Positions 1 through 9,801 are shown, numbered from the stretch's first letter. The stretch is 64,000 nucleotides of DNA from Acidobacteriota bacterium (GCA_963664705.1 OY761556.1:416001-480000); one strand, 5' to 3'. Made by a program: numbers and translations. The notes: generated by a model not told the origin, from the letters alone.

Positions 1-1
1 G

Positions 2-2032
2 ATTGCGGTCCTGGCTGGCCTTTACCTGCAGGTGCACTCCATTCTCCTTACCGCGGCACTGGGGCTTTTGTTTCTCGAAGCTCTGATGCAGATTGGTGGG
101 GCCGTTCTGCGGCTGTTTCGCCTGCAGGATCCCAAAGCATGCAGTCTGCAGGCTTATCTTGCCCGGTTTATTGTCGGAATTTCTGCCTGGATAGTCGGCG
201 CGCTTCTTTTTTCTGCCTGTGGGTCGGGGAGCATCGCATTTCTTCGTTTTTATTCAATCGTGCTGGCATCGGCGGCGATTGCGTCTGCTCCATCGATGCC
301 TTTGAGCCTGACACTTGTTGAGCAATTCGAGCGCGCGAACAATAAAGACAGAGTCCTGATCCTGTTTTTGTTGGCCCTGATATTAACGCAGTTTGGCAAA
401 GCCAACTTCGGCACCGATTATGATTCGGCCTGGTATGGTCTGAGGCCGGAGCGCGTTCTGATCGGAACTCATTCGCTGTTCGATAGCTTGAAGCTGACGC
501 ATTTTGTTTACTACTACCCGAAGCAATTTGAGATTCTAACGCTTCCCCTCGCCGAGTTGAACCGGGGCATTTACATTGTCGCTTTTAATGTGTTTCTGCT
601 GGGGATCGTTTTCCTGACCACCTATCGCCTCGGGAAGGAACTCGGGCTGGGCCGCACTTCCGCGCTATTCATAACGGCGCTTGTCGGAAGCATCCCTGCC
701 GTCTCCAATATGGCCTCTACCGCCAAAAGCGACAATCTCATTGCTCTATATGCATATCTTGCGGCCCTGTTTTTCTGGCAATGGTGCAAGGGAAGGACGT
801 CCCTTGATCTTTCACTGGCGCTGACCTCAGTTCTGGGGATGATGTCCACAAAAATTACTGCCTATGCCTACGCGCCCGTGCTTGCCTTCGGGTTTATTCT
901 CACGGGGATTCTGCTTCACAGAAGCGCGAAGAACGCCGAACTGCCTGGTAGTCATCCAGACCTCGATGAAAAGCCTGGCCTCCGCAGTTATGTGCCGGTG
1001 ATCCTTGGAGCCTGCAATTATGGCGGGCTTGCCTTCAGAACATGGCTCTTAACGGGCATTCCGACCATGCCCGCGTTTGTGACGCTCTGGAAAATACTGG
1101 GACTGACCCCCAGATATCCATGGAATTCCTCGCAATTCGGTTTCCTGGGAGTTCCGATAAACTCGCCGGGCGATTTCTTTACGCACTGGTACAAGCTACT
1201 TTTTGATCCCTATTCCTATGCACACTATGCAATGTCGTGGCCGGGCAATATCGCTTTTTTTGCCATATGTGTGTTGCTGATCCTGGCCGTAATCCGCTCT
1301 ATCCCGGGATCCAGGCAGACGGGTTTCCTCTGCGCCTGCATACCGATAATGGCGTGTGGGATCTTCATGGCGTGTCTCTTGCGAAGGCATGGGGATGGCA
1401 GTACGGATGGGAATTATTACACGATCCCGGTTGTGCTCACTGTCTTTGCCGTTGCCGGCATTCTGTCGCGCCTCAGCGGAAAGCTTCGCATTGCGGTAAT
1501 CACGTGTGGCGCGGGATTTATCCTGCTTCACTTGCTGGTTATGTTTGTTTCTCACTGGTCATGGCATCCGGGAACGCAGGCTTTCAAGTTCTCGCTCCAG
1601 AAGCCTCAGATCAACGCGGAAGCTGGTGCTGAAGCCGCCCTGAGGGATATCGGAGCCTGGGAAATCGAGGAGTATTTGCGGGTGCATCCTCAGATTCGCC
1701 TGTGCGTGGGGTTCAGCAGAGGGGAGGAGCGCACGTTGCGATCGCTTTCCTGCACCCATGAGGATTTTGAGCAGATCGGAGGCACATTCCCACACCTGTT
1801 TGAGACCGCATCCGGGTTCAGGCAATACCTGGCATGGGCGCGGCCGGATATGCTTATCATGCCGAAATCGACTTCCTTCAGTCCCGGGAAAGTCGATTAC
1901 AATGTCTGGCTTGCATTTCAGGAGCTATCCGGGAATCCAGGGGTGACGCGGGTAGAGTCGGCAAAGTATTCCGCTCTCGATCTCTCTGCAATCAAGTCCG
2001 AGCTATCGGCTGGGAATCCGGTGAAGAAATGA
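2..2032 (+). CDS. Polytopic membrane protein, GT-C-fold glycosyltransferase-like; probably 5'-truncated by the window edge
   Basis: Frame is open from position 2. Many hydrophobic helices, an acidic loop (GTDYDSAWY) after the N-terminal TMs, and a soluble C-terminal domain. Confidence 0.55.
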   Translation: MAVLAGLYLQVHSILLTAALGLLFLEALMQIGGAVLRLFRLQDPKACSLQAYLARFIVGISAWIVGALLFSACGSGSIAFLRFYSIVLASAAIASAPSMPLSLTLVEQFERANNKDRVLILFLLALILTQFGKANFGTDYDSAWYGLRPERVLIGTHSLFDSLKLTHFVYYYPKQFEILTLPLAELNRGIYIVAFNVFLLGIVFLTTYRLGKELGLGRTSALFITALVGSIPAVSNMASTAKSDNLIALYAYLAALFFWQWCKGRTSLDLSLALTSVLGMMSTKITAYAYAPVLAFGFILTGILLHRSAKNAELPGSHPDLDEKPGLRSYVPVILGACNYGGLAFRTWLLTGIPTMPAFVTLWKILGLTPRYPWNSSQFGFLGVPINSPGDFFTHWYKLLFDPYSYAHYAMSWPGNIAFFAICVLLILAVIRSIPGSRQTGFLCACIPIMACGIFMACLLRRHGDGSTDGNYYTIPVVLTVFAVAGILSRLSGKLRIAVITCGAGFILLHLLVMFVSHWSWHPGTQAFKFSLQKPQINAEAGAEAALRDIGAWEIEEYLRVHPQIRLCVGFSRGEERTLRSLSCTHEDFEQIGGTFPHLFETASGFRQYLAWARPDMLIMPKSTSFSPGKVDYNVWLAFQELSGNPGVTRVESAKYSALDLSAIKSELSAGNPVKK

Positions 2033-2070
2033 GATGTGGCATGCACGTCTTGCCGGCAAGAGCGAACCGT

Positions 2071-2098
2071 GGAGCGCGGTGGCTTGCCACCGCACTCC
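2071..2098. repeat. REP-like GC-rich palindrome (GGAGcGCGGTGGC-TT-GCCACCGCaCTCC) between convergent genes
   Basis: Near-perfect hairpin with related copies at ~30089-30155 and ~54156-54211. Confidence 0.6.
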
Positions 2099-2155
2099 GA
2101 AGGGCTTCGCCTCGATAAATAGATGCAGCATTAGCCGGGATGGCGCCCCAGTGGG

Positions 2156-3001
2156 TTAATCAAACTGCGCGATAGTAGTGCCATAGGCATGGGTGGCCGC
2201 TTCATCCAGCGACAGCTTTCGCAAATTCTGGCTTAAAATCTCAACTCCCCAGGGTCCGGTATACCCGGCTTTGAGCATGCAGCCGACAAAGCCTTTGACG
2301 TCGAATTCTCCCTCTCCACAGAAGGTTCGGTGATTAATGGTGTCTTCATGCAGGCTCCACGGGCATGTCAGCGTGCCGTCATTTATTTCAATGCCGAGCA
2401 GGTACCGGGATGGTATGCGGGCTATTTCCTCGTAGGGAATGCCGAGCTTTACCATATGCCACAGGTCGATCATGATACCGCCGTTTTTTGCATCCGCTCC
2501 CTGCACCATTTCCAGCGTTTCGGGCAGAGTGCGAATCATGGCATCCACAATCAGCTCAAACAGGATGCTCGTTCCGACATTGGCTGCATCGGCGCACACT
2601 TTGGCAAATGACTCGATCAGACGAGGCATGGGTACGCTGTTCATATCAAAATCCCCGATTTTAATATGTCGCGCTCCCAATGCTTCAGCCGCCTTCATCA
2701 GCAGCTGTTTGGTTTCGTCCGATTTTTTCTTCTTTTCCCCGTCGAGGAACCAGTCGGTCAGGAATTCCAGTTCAACGTGCTTGATGCCGTTATCATCCAG
2801 AATCTGCTTCATTTCCTTCAAGCTGAGGCGCTGCAGGGTGTGTTCAATATCGACTTCCTTGAGTCCGATTCCGGTGAAGCCCGCGCGGGAAGCTGCCTTG
2901 ACCCGGTCTTCAAAAGTGAAAGGGCTGTATTCATATTCGGAATGGGGATGAACGTTGCCTGCCAATGTCCAGTAAGAACCAACTATATCTGCCTTTTTCA
3001 T
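2156..3001 (-). CDS. Sugar phosphate isomerase/epimerase (xylose isomerase-like / AP-endonuclease-2 TIM barrel)
   Basis: AGFTGIGL, FEL, DLWH, EIND, GEGEFD and GYTGPWGVE motifs; AGGAGG RBS upstream. Confidence 0.85.
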   Translation of the reverse strand: MKKADIVGSYWTLAGNVHPHSEYEYSPFTFEDRVKAASRAGFTGIGLKEVDIEHTLQRLSLKEMKQILDDNGIKHVELEFLTDWFLDGEKKKKSDETKQLLMKAAEALGARHIKIGDFDMNSVPMPRLIESFAKVCADAANVGTSILFELIVDAMIRTLPETLEMVQGADAKNGGIMIDLWHMVKLGIPYEEIARIPSRYLLGIEINDGTLTCPWSLHEDTINHRTFCGEGEFDVKGFVGCMLKAGYTGPWGVEILSQNLRKLSLDEAATHAYGTTIAQFD

Positions 3002-3062
3002 GATCGAGATCCTCCTGTAAGAGAGCGTCTCATCCTATGCGAACCGATAGGATAGAGTCAAT

Positions 3063-3252
3063 GACAGGAGGTAGGGGAAAGGAGGCAGGAGGCAGGAGGC
3101 AGGATTGAGAGCGGACCTCTATCCAGTCAGTACTCCTGCTCGAGAATTTCGTTGATCCGTTTGGCCTGGGCATTTTCATAACAGTGCATTGCCTCCCGTC
3201 TCCTGACTCCTGCCTCCTGCCTCCTGCCTCCTGCCTCCTGACTCCTGTCTCC
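3063..3252. repeat. Inverted arrays of heptamer tandem repeats, (GGAGGCA)n ... (CTCCTGC)n
   Basis: Left arm 3063-3104 and right arm 3190-3252 are complementary and flank an ~85-bp spacer. Confidence 0.85.
3118..3186 (-). pseudogene. Decayed IS3-family transposase fragment (C-terminal part of the integrase core)
   Basis: Translates HCYENAQAKRINEILEQEY*LDR, resembling the IS3 motif CYENAxAERxNGILKQEYGLD. In-frame stop; no flanking IS sequence. Confidence 0.6.
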
Positions 3253-3346
3253 TTTCTTCTCCCTTTTTCGTTTATAATGGCCGTCGAACTGTACTGTTTC
3301 TCCATAGAGACAATTGTTGGAAGTATCGCACATATTCGGAGGTTCT

Positions 3347-5815
3347 ATGAAGCGTGGTTGTTTGGCTTGGATCTGGATTCTCGGCTTTCTTTTCACTGCA
3401 AATGCGGCAGACCTTTCAACGGCATCCTCGCAGGATCTGGTTGCCGTATATCAGAAGCTGCGGGCTTTACAGGGAGGGAGTCAGTCTGCCTCCGTCGAGA
3501 ATGTTGCCTTTAAGCGCGATGCCGCCACGTTTACGTTTCTGAACGGGCGCATTCTATTTTCCGAGCCGGTCGGGGATCACGTACTCGCGGCCTATTTCCA
3601 GGGAGAGGGCCGCTTTGAGCTGGAGCCTCCCTCTGCGGTTGATCAGCGCCAGTTGGCGCGATTTGCCGGGAATCAGAAACTTACGGATATGTTTCGTGAA
3701 GCGGTCTTCTTTTTCACAGATGATACGTTCGCCGAGATGAGCAAGCTGATGAAGGTGCGAGCGACGCCGAAGGCGGCGGATTCGCCCTTTGCGGCTGCTC
3801 AAAAGCGGTATTCCGACAGCTATAACAACTGGATTGATAACACGCGTAAAGGCAATCCGGTTATGCGCAACCTGGCGGCACGCATGCTCGCGGATCTCAC
3901 GGACCGGTCCAGCAAGGGGTTCTTTCTGGCCGATTTCAAGGGCAGCAAGTCCGGCGATTTACTGTATCAAGTGAGCTGGAACCGTGATGGCTTGCTTTAC
4001 CCATGGGTCCGGATGGGCGATGAGGTGACGCTTCTCCGCCTTCGGCCAGGCGAGTATACCGAATGGTGGGCGGGGTTTCATCTTTCCTCCGAGTATGCGG
4101 CGTCCCGACATCCGGATCACCGCACGTTGCATGTTCATTCTCCCGCCGCGACCATTGATTTAGCGGTTGGGAAAGAGCATTCCATTACGGCCACAGCGGA
4201 GCTTGAATATGTGGTCCATGAAGGTGCGAGCCGCGTTATACCGTTCAATTTAAACAGCGTGCTTCGCATCAGTGCCGTTGATGATGGGACGGGGAAGAAG
4301 CTCAACTTCATCCAGGAAGATAAGAAGCTGGATAACGATCCGTGGTTCATCGTCGATGAGCCTGCAAAGGCGGGTCAGAAGTACAAAGTGCGGATCAGCT
4401 ACAAGGAGGACTCCACCTACGAAACGCGCATCATCTACGATCAGGGAAGCGGCTTGTACTTTGTTGCGTCTCGCGATACCTGGTATCCGAGTTTTGGCAA
4501 ACTGGACGACCGGACTCAATATCAAATCAATGCCCGGTCTCCGAAGAGATTTGCATTTATGGCCAGTGGCGCCCTATTGAAGTCCGTCAAGGAAAAGGAC
4601 GAACTGATCACATCCTGGAAATCCGAGCTTCCGCTGGACGTCGTCGGATTCAATTATGGAGATTTTGTCGAATCGAGCCAAAGCACTCCGACCTTGAAGC
4701 TGACTGCCTATGCCGGACGGGAATTACCGAATGATCTGAAGGGCATAGAAGCAGGCTTCAATGTGGGAACCATCATGAAGGATGGACGGTCTGATGTCGG
4801 GCTTAGCCTGGCAGGGCTGAATACAACTTCCATGGTGAAGGATGCGGCCATCAACGGCATTCAGGCTTTCAGCTTTTATGAATTCCTATTAGGAAGCTTG
4901 CCCTTCAAATCCATCGCGGTGTCGCAACAATCCGGCCGGTCCAGTCTTGGCAGTCCAAATCTGATTTTTGCTCCTACCTCCGTGTTCCTGGATTCCGGGA
5001 CGCAAAACAAGTTGGGATTTCTGCGAACGGCGGAGCAGCGCGAATTTCAGCGCACGACAGTCGTTCATGAAATGGCGCACCAATGGCTGGAACATATGGT
5101 GGGCGGTCGAACGTATCACGATCAGTGGCTATGGGATGGCGGAGCCGATTTTGTCACCTCCATGTACCTGCGCCAGTTTGATCCCAAGGCGCTCGGCGAG
5201 TTCCGCGATATCCGGCGGAAATGGCTATTATCCAAATCCCCGGCGGGGTACCGCCCGGTGGATGCCGGCCCCATGTGTCTGGGGGGACAGCTCAATGAGT
5301 ACGACGCAAAAACAAATTCAGTCTATTTGAACCAGTTTAAGGGCGGATATGTAATGGAGATGATCCGCGTGTTAATGTTCGACCCCAAATTGAAAAATCC
5401 CAATGCCCGGTTTATTGCAATGATGCACGAATTTACCTCCACCTTCGCCGGACAGAACGTGTCCACGGAAGATTTCCGCAAGATTGTGGAAAAGCATGCC
5501 GGAATGTCCATGGAATGGTTTTTTGAGCAGTGGGTCTATGGATCTCAGACGCCGGTGTACGATTTCAGTTATCAGCTGTCCGGTGCCGATGGTGGCCAAA
5601 CGGAGGTGACGCTTTCTCTGACACAGTCGGCGGTTTCGGACTCTTTCAAGATGCAACTGCCGCTCTATGCAGTTGTGAACGGACAGCAGCAGTACCTGGG
5701 ATTGATCGGTGTATCAGGAACCAAGCCGCTGAAGACAAGTCTGAAGCTTCCGATGCGACCGGAGAAGGTAGTGCTGGATCCGGAGCGGAGCATTCTGGCG
5801 GAGATCCGTCAATAG
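3347..5815 (+). CDS. Secreted M1-family (gluzincin) aminopeptidase-like protein with an atypical active site
   Basis: Signal peptide MKRGCLAWIWILGFLFTANA; HEMAH-x18-D; WFFEQWVY motif; GGAGG RBS before ATG 3347; paralog of 58085..60505. Confidence 0.8.
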   Translation: MKRGCLAWIWILGFLFTANAADLSTASSQDLVAVYQKLRALQGGSQSASVENVAFKRDAATFTFLNGRILFSEPVGDHVLAAYFQGEGRFELEPPSAVDQRQLARFAGNQKLTDMFREAVFFFTDDTFAEMSKLMKVRATPKAADSPFAAAQKRYSDSYNNWIDNTRKGNPVMRNLAARMLADLTDRSSKGFFLADFKGSKSGDLLYQVSWNRDGLLYPWVRMGDEVTLLRLRPGEYTEWWAGFHLSSEYAASRHPDHRTLHVHSPAATIDLAVGKEHSITATAELEYVVHEGASRVIPFNLNSVLRISAVDDGTGKKLNFIQEDKKLDNDPWFIVDEPAKAGQKYKVRISYKEDSTYETRIIYDQGSGLYFVASRDTWYPSFGKLDDRTQYQINARSPKRFAFMASGALLKSVKEKDELITSWKSELPLDVVGFNYGDFVESSQSTPTLKLTAYAGRELPNDLKGIEAGFNVGTIMKDGRSDVGLSLAGLNTTSMVKDAAINGIQAFSFYEFLLGSLPFKSIAVSQQSGRSSLGSPNLIFAPTSVFLDSGTQNKLGFLRTAEQREFQRTTVVHEMAHQWLEHMVGGRTYHDQWLWDGGADFVTSMYLRQFDPKALGEFRDIRRKWLLSKSPAGYRPVDAGPMCLGGQLNEYDAKTNSVYLNQFKGGYVMEMIRVLMFDPKLKNPNARFIAMMHEFTSTFAGQNVSTEDFRKIVEKHAGMSMEWFFEQWVYGSQTPVYDFSYQLSGADGGQTEVTLSLTQSAVSDSFKMQLPLYAVVNGQQQYLGLIGVSGTKPLKTSLKLPMRPEKVVLDPERSILAEIRQ

Positions 5816-5878
5816 CCGGGCGGGAGCGCCGGGTGCCCGTCGTCTGCGGTGTCGGGCAATCCGGTGCCCCGGTTGGCA

Positions 5879-6913
5879 TTAATGCATGGTTGGATCGAGT
5901 TCCGGTTCGGGGCCCTGGGAGGGTGTTTTTCCCAGATTGGTGATATGCAGCCTGATTGCCTCTGAATCGGGGACGCTTTTGTCCAGCGATAGGTACATGT
6001 TCATGTGCTCTTTGGCACCGTTGATATCGCCCTTTGCCTCCAGAATTCTTCCCCATACATATTCGGCTCTGGAGATTCGGTGGGCTGAGTCCAGGCGAAG
6101 GACATCCTGTATCGCCGATGCAGCCTGATCGAGGTCATTCAGCATATAGCTTGCGATAGCCTTGTGGAAATAAACATCGGGATACGGCTTCTTCTTGTCC
6201 GCTTTGCCCAGGGCGTCCGATGTTTTGATCACGCACTCCCAGTCTTTCAGCTTGCTGCAGGTATGCACGAGAGTCAGGTAGGGAGCGAGGAATTTGTTGT
6301 CCGCAGCAAGGGCTTTCTCAAAAGCTTCCCGCGATTCCTTGAGGGAGTTCTCGTGATCGAGCACGACTCCCAGCGCATGCCAACCGGCGGCGTATTTAGG
6401 CTCCTTGGCCATTCCCTGCTGAAATCGCGCGATGGCTTCGTCGTGATTTCGGTTGTCTAGGGCTTTCATGGCTGCCTTGAGGTCGCCTTTTGAGCGCAAC
6501 GGCATGTTCGAATCAGACATGATGATGGTATAGGGATCGTCTGCCGGCGAAGAAATCACGATCGTCCCCAGTGTGGTGGTGGTGCTCAGATAGCCGTTCA
6601 GCGCAGAGATATCAATGGACGTCGAGGTGTAGCCTGTATGGGTCGCCCGGATGACGCACGCGCGTGTCCGCATTGGATCCACATCCATCCGCCACAGGTA
6701 TTCTCCGTTCTTGTCTGTCAGCGGTCCCGGGGCAGATCCCTGGCCATCACTGCAGTGACGTTCAATCCCGACTCTCATAGGAGGCGGCGATCCGTTGGGT
6801 AGTGTCACCTTTCCCCGGATGATCACCGGATAGTTTTCGGCAACGGCAATCCGGAGCGCGGAAAACAGGAGTGCCGCCATACAGAGCGGAAGGAGTTTAC
6901 GTCTGAAGTTCAT
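5879..6913 (-). CDS. Secreted tetratricopeptide-repeat protein with an N-terminal beta (carboxypeptidase-regulatory-like) domain
   Basis: Signal peptide; TPR helices (AAGWHALGVV, AEYVWGRILEAKGD). Confidence 0.75.
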   Translation of the reverse strand: MNFRRKLLPLCMAALLFSALRIAVAENYPVIIRGKVTLPNGSPPPMRVGIERHCSDGQGSAPGPLTDKNGEYLWRMDVDPMRTRACVIRATHTGYTSTSIDISALNGYLSTTTTLGTIVISSPADDPYTIIMSDSNMPLRSKGDLKAAMKALDNRNHDEAIARFQQGMAKEPKYAAGWHALGVVLDHENSLKESREAFEKALAADNKFLAPYLTLVHTCSKLKDWECVIKTSDALGKADKKKPYPDVYFHKAIASYMLNDLDQAASAIQDVLRLDSAHRISRAEYVWGRILEAKGDINGAKEHMNMYLSLDKSVPDSEAIRLHITNLGKTPSQGPEPELDPTMH

Positions 6914-7102
6914 AGCTTCCCTTGTGCAATAAAAAGAGATTCAGTTAGAGCCGGGAGTTGCTGCTGCACGTCAAACCGTATGCGTTCTATGGATGCATTA
7001 TACCGATCCGCGGTTCATTCCACGTGAAATAAAACAAAATGATGCGTAGAAGGAGGATTTCTGCTATGGTCCAATCCTTATTAGAAAAGGAGAAGAGGTG
7101 TA

Positions 7103-8293
7103 ATGGCTAAGGCATTGGAAGGCGTCAGGGTGTTGGATTTTACGCAATATTTGTCTGGTCCCCACTGCACATCGGTTTTGAGTGAACTGGGCGCGGATAT
7201 CATCAAAATCGAGATGCCGGGCAAGGGAGAACCCGAGCGGCAAGCCATGCCCAAAACTCCAAAGAAAGAGTCCTATCAATTTCTCTCCTATAATCGAGGA
7301 AAGAAAAGCATCACCCTGAACCTCAAGAGCCCCCAAGGTATTGAAGTGGCCAAAAAGCTGGCGGCCAAAGTGGATGTCCTCGTCGAGAACTTTGCGCCTG
7401 GCGGCATGGACCGACTGGGTTTGAGCTATGACGAAATACGCAAAATCAATCCGGGGATTGTCTATGCATCCATTTCCGGCTTCGGTCAGACCGGTCCGCG
7501 CCGCAACGACGTCAGCTATGACGTGGTTGCCCAGGCCATGGGAGGCCTGATGAGCGTTACCGGGTATGCAGGCGGCGAACCCCTGAAGGCGGGGATTTCT
7601 CTCGGCGATTACATGGGCGGATATAACGGCGCCATCGCTATTCTGGCTGCGCTCTATTATCGAAAAGTAACCGGAGAAGGTCAGGCCATTGACATATCGA
7701 TGCAGGATGGCATCTGGGCAATGGTTTTCCCCGATCGAGCCAACTACTTCGACACCCATGAAGTCCCCAAAAGATTCGGCAACAAGCTCAGCAGTTCCGC
7801 TCCTTTCGGTGCTTACAATGCCAAAGATGGATATGTGGTGATCTGTACGATTACGGATCCTCAATGGCACAAAGTCCTCCAGGCAATGGGCCGGGACGAT
7901 TTGATCACCGAGCCGCGTTTTGCCACGCGCGAAATGCGAACCAGGAACATGGAAGAGGTTGACGGTATGGTACAGGCGTGGTGCCAGCAGAAGACGGTGG
8001 ATGAGGTCTTCGCGGTATTAAAGGAATTTGGCGTGCCCTGTTCGCCGCTGCCGTCTTTCGACCAGGTTGCCAGCGATCCACACCTGCTGAGCAGAGAGAT
8101 GATTGTTGAGGTGGAGCAGCCGGTTTCCGGGAAAGTAAAGCTCAGCGGTTCCGTCTATAAAATGACCAAGACCCCGGGCAACCGCAAAATGAGAGTTCCG
8201 GAGGTTGGCGAGCACAACCAGGAGGTGTATGGCGGGATCCTCGGACTTGATGCTCAGGAAATGAAGAAGCTCAAAGACGATTCCATTATCTAA
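7103..8293 (+). CDS. Class III CoA-transferase (CaiB/BaiF family)
   Basis: ALEGVRVLDFTQYLSGP, GADIIKIE, NRGKKSITLNLK, VENFAPG, and a catalytic Asp in SLGDYMGG. Confidence 0.95.
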   Translation: MAKALEGVRVLDFTQYLSGPHCTSVLSELGADIIKIEMPGKGEPERQAMPKTPKKESYQFLSYNRGKKSITLNLKSPQGIEVAKKLAAKVDVLVENFAPGGMDRLGLSYDEIRKINPGIVYASISGFGQTGPRRNDVSYDVVAQAMGGLMSVTGYAGGEPLKAGISLGDYMGGYNGAIAILAALYYRKVTGEGQAIDISMQDGIWAMVFPDRANYFDTHEVPKRFGNKLSSSAPFGAYNAKDGYVVICTITDPQWHKVLQAMGRDDLITEPRFATREMRTRNMEEVDGMVQAWCQQKTVDEVFAVLKEFGVPCSPLPSFDQVASDPHLLSREMIVEVEQPVSGKVKLSGSVYKMTKTPGNRKMRVPEVGEHNQEVYGGILGLDAQEMKKLKDDSII

Positions 8294-8312
8294 ATCTAAT
8301 GATGCAGTTCTT

Positions 8313-8375
8313 TCCTTCTTCCCCATTTTTCAATATCGGGGCCTGCCTCCGATATTGAAAAATGGGGAAGAAGGA
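8313..8375. repeat. 27-bp perfect inverted repeat downstream of the CoA-transferase
   Basis: TCCTTCTTCCCCATTTTTCAATATCGG-N9-CCGATATTGAAAAATGGGGAAGAAGGA. Confidence 0.9.
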
Positions 8376-8446
8376 GTCGATCCCGGATTTTTGCTTGTTT
8401 TTGTTCCGCCCTGCGAAACAGAGTTCCCCTAGGTGCATTTTTCTTG

Positions 8447-8475
8447 TTGACAAAATCGAGAATTCGATTTAAAAA
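8447..8475 (+). promoter_or_regulatory. Putative sigma70 promoter with a palindromic operator in the spacer
   Basis: TTGACA (8447-8452), then AAATCGA-gaat-TCGATTT (8453-8470), then TAAAAG at 17-bp spacing. Confidence 0.5.
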
Positions 8476-8581
8476 GATCCTTTGCTAGTTACGCAAGGTC
8501 TGGATCTATCCCCGCACCAGGTTATAGATTCTTCCGACAGAGCCGGCACTATTTTTTTTCTATTAACTTTGGAGGTAACCC

Positions 8582-9250
8582 GTGACCGATCAGGAATTTT
8601 TAGATGTACTTACATCGAGAAAAAGCATCCGGCGATACAAACCGGATCCGGTACCAGACGAGATGATCGACAAGATCCTCGAGGCAGCCCGATGGGCACC
8701 GACAGGTGAAAATTACCAACCGTGGAGATTTATCGTAGTCCGCGATCAGGAAACCAGGAACAAGATTGGCGATCTCTCCAAGCAGGGAAGCGGATCGCGT
8801 ATGACCTCCTGGTACTGCCTCAGCGAATTGCAGCAGAGATTCGAAGGAATTGAAGACCCGGTCAAGAGAGCGGAAGTGCTTGAGTTCATGTATTCCGGAA
8901 GAGTGTCCGAATTCTGCAAGCAGGCGCCGGTGGTCATTGCTGTAATTGGTGACTTGAGAGTAGGAAGCGTTGACGTGCCTTATGATCTTTGCGCGGCGAT
9001 GGAAAACATGATCCTTCAGGCTCACCAGATGGGATTGGGCTCCTGCTGGGTATATGGTCCGGTCGCCAGCACGAGAGATGCCATCCGATTTAAGGATATC
9101 CTGGGCATCCCGCAGGGAATGGGCTATTACAAGGTGCTCTCTTATCTTGCAGTCGGGTATCCCAAGGAACAGCGCAAGCATCCGAGACCCAAACTGCCGC
9201 TTTCTGAAATGGTTTTCTGGGAAAAATTTGGAAACAAGGAGAGGATCTGA
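8582..9250 (+). CDS. Nitroreductase family flavoprotein
   Basis: SRKSIRRY, AARWAPTGENYQPWRF and GLGSCW motifs; GTG start with GGAGG RBS. Confidence 0.92.
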   Translation: MTDQEFLDVLTSRKSIRRYKPDPVPDEMIDKILEAARWAPTGENYQPWRFIVVRDQETRNKIGDLSKQGSGSRMTSWYCLSELQQRFEGIEDPVKRAEVLEFMYSGRVSEFCKQAPVVIAVIGDLRVGSVDVPYDLCAAMENMILQAHQMGLGSCWVYGPVASTRDAIRFKDILGIPQGMGYYKVLSYLAVGYPKEQRKHPRPKLPLSEMVFWEKFGNKERI

Positions 9251-9801
9251 TGGATAGCATAAAGTATTGCAACGAATTGCTGGCAAGGGTTGAAGCTCTC
9301 ATGTATCAGGAGCTCTCCGGCATGGCCCACTGGAAGTGTGAATTTGTGGGTGCTGATTTTATCCGCGCTCAGAAAATTGAAGGAACGACGGTTGAGGAAG
9401 TAACGGAAAGCTGCATCAAAGCGATGAAGGCTGCCGGGCTCGTCTCCGACGTAACCTACAAAACCAGCCCTGACGGCATCATGCTCAAGCTGAAGATCAA
9501 GAACTGCATCCATCATGAAAAGGAAGTTCTTGTTGAAGCGGAAGGCGTCGATCCGTACATCTGCCCTATCGCCAACATGATTCTGGACCAGATTCACGAG
9601 AAGCTGAACTATACGACGAGCTACAAGTCCAAACAGGCTATCGATAAAGATAAGAAGCAGTGCTTGATCTACAATGCTCTTTACAAGACCGGCGAGCAGA
9701 TCGGTCAGATATCGGATTGGCTGAAGGACGATGAAGACAGGGAATGGCTGGAGAATCAGCCTTCGCAGATCCTTGCCGCAGCGGACAGAAAGAAGAAATA
9801 G
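9250..9801 (+). CDS. Hypothetical protein, V4R-like small-ligand/metal-binding fold, translationally coupled to the nitroreductase
   Basis: TGATG stop/start overlap; NCIH, ICP and QC Cys/His pattern. Confidence 0.55.
   Translation: MDSIKYCNELLARVEALMYQELSGMAHWKCEFVGADFIRAQKIEGTTVEEVTESCIKAMKAAGLVSDVTYKTSPDGIMLKLKIKNCIHHEKEVLVEAEGVDPYICPIANMILDQIHEKLNYTTSYKSKQAIDKDKKQCLIYNALYKTGEQIGQISDWLKDDEDREWLENQPSQILAAADRKKK

Noticed and set aside
3063-3252. Possible CRISPR array
   Set aside because: The units are 7-bp tandem repeats with no repeat-spacer periodicity, and there are no cas genes.
3030-3513. Short ORFs with RRQEAGG / LLPPAS repeats
   Set aside because: They are translations of the heptamer DNA repeats, not real proteins.
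8480-8560. Attenuator or riboswitch in the nitroreductase leader (U-tract at ~8551)
   Set aside because: No convincing GC stem precedes the U-tract and no known aptamer motif is visible.
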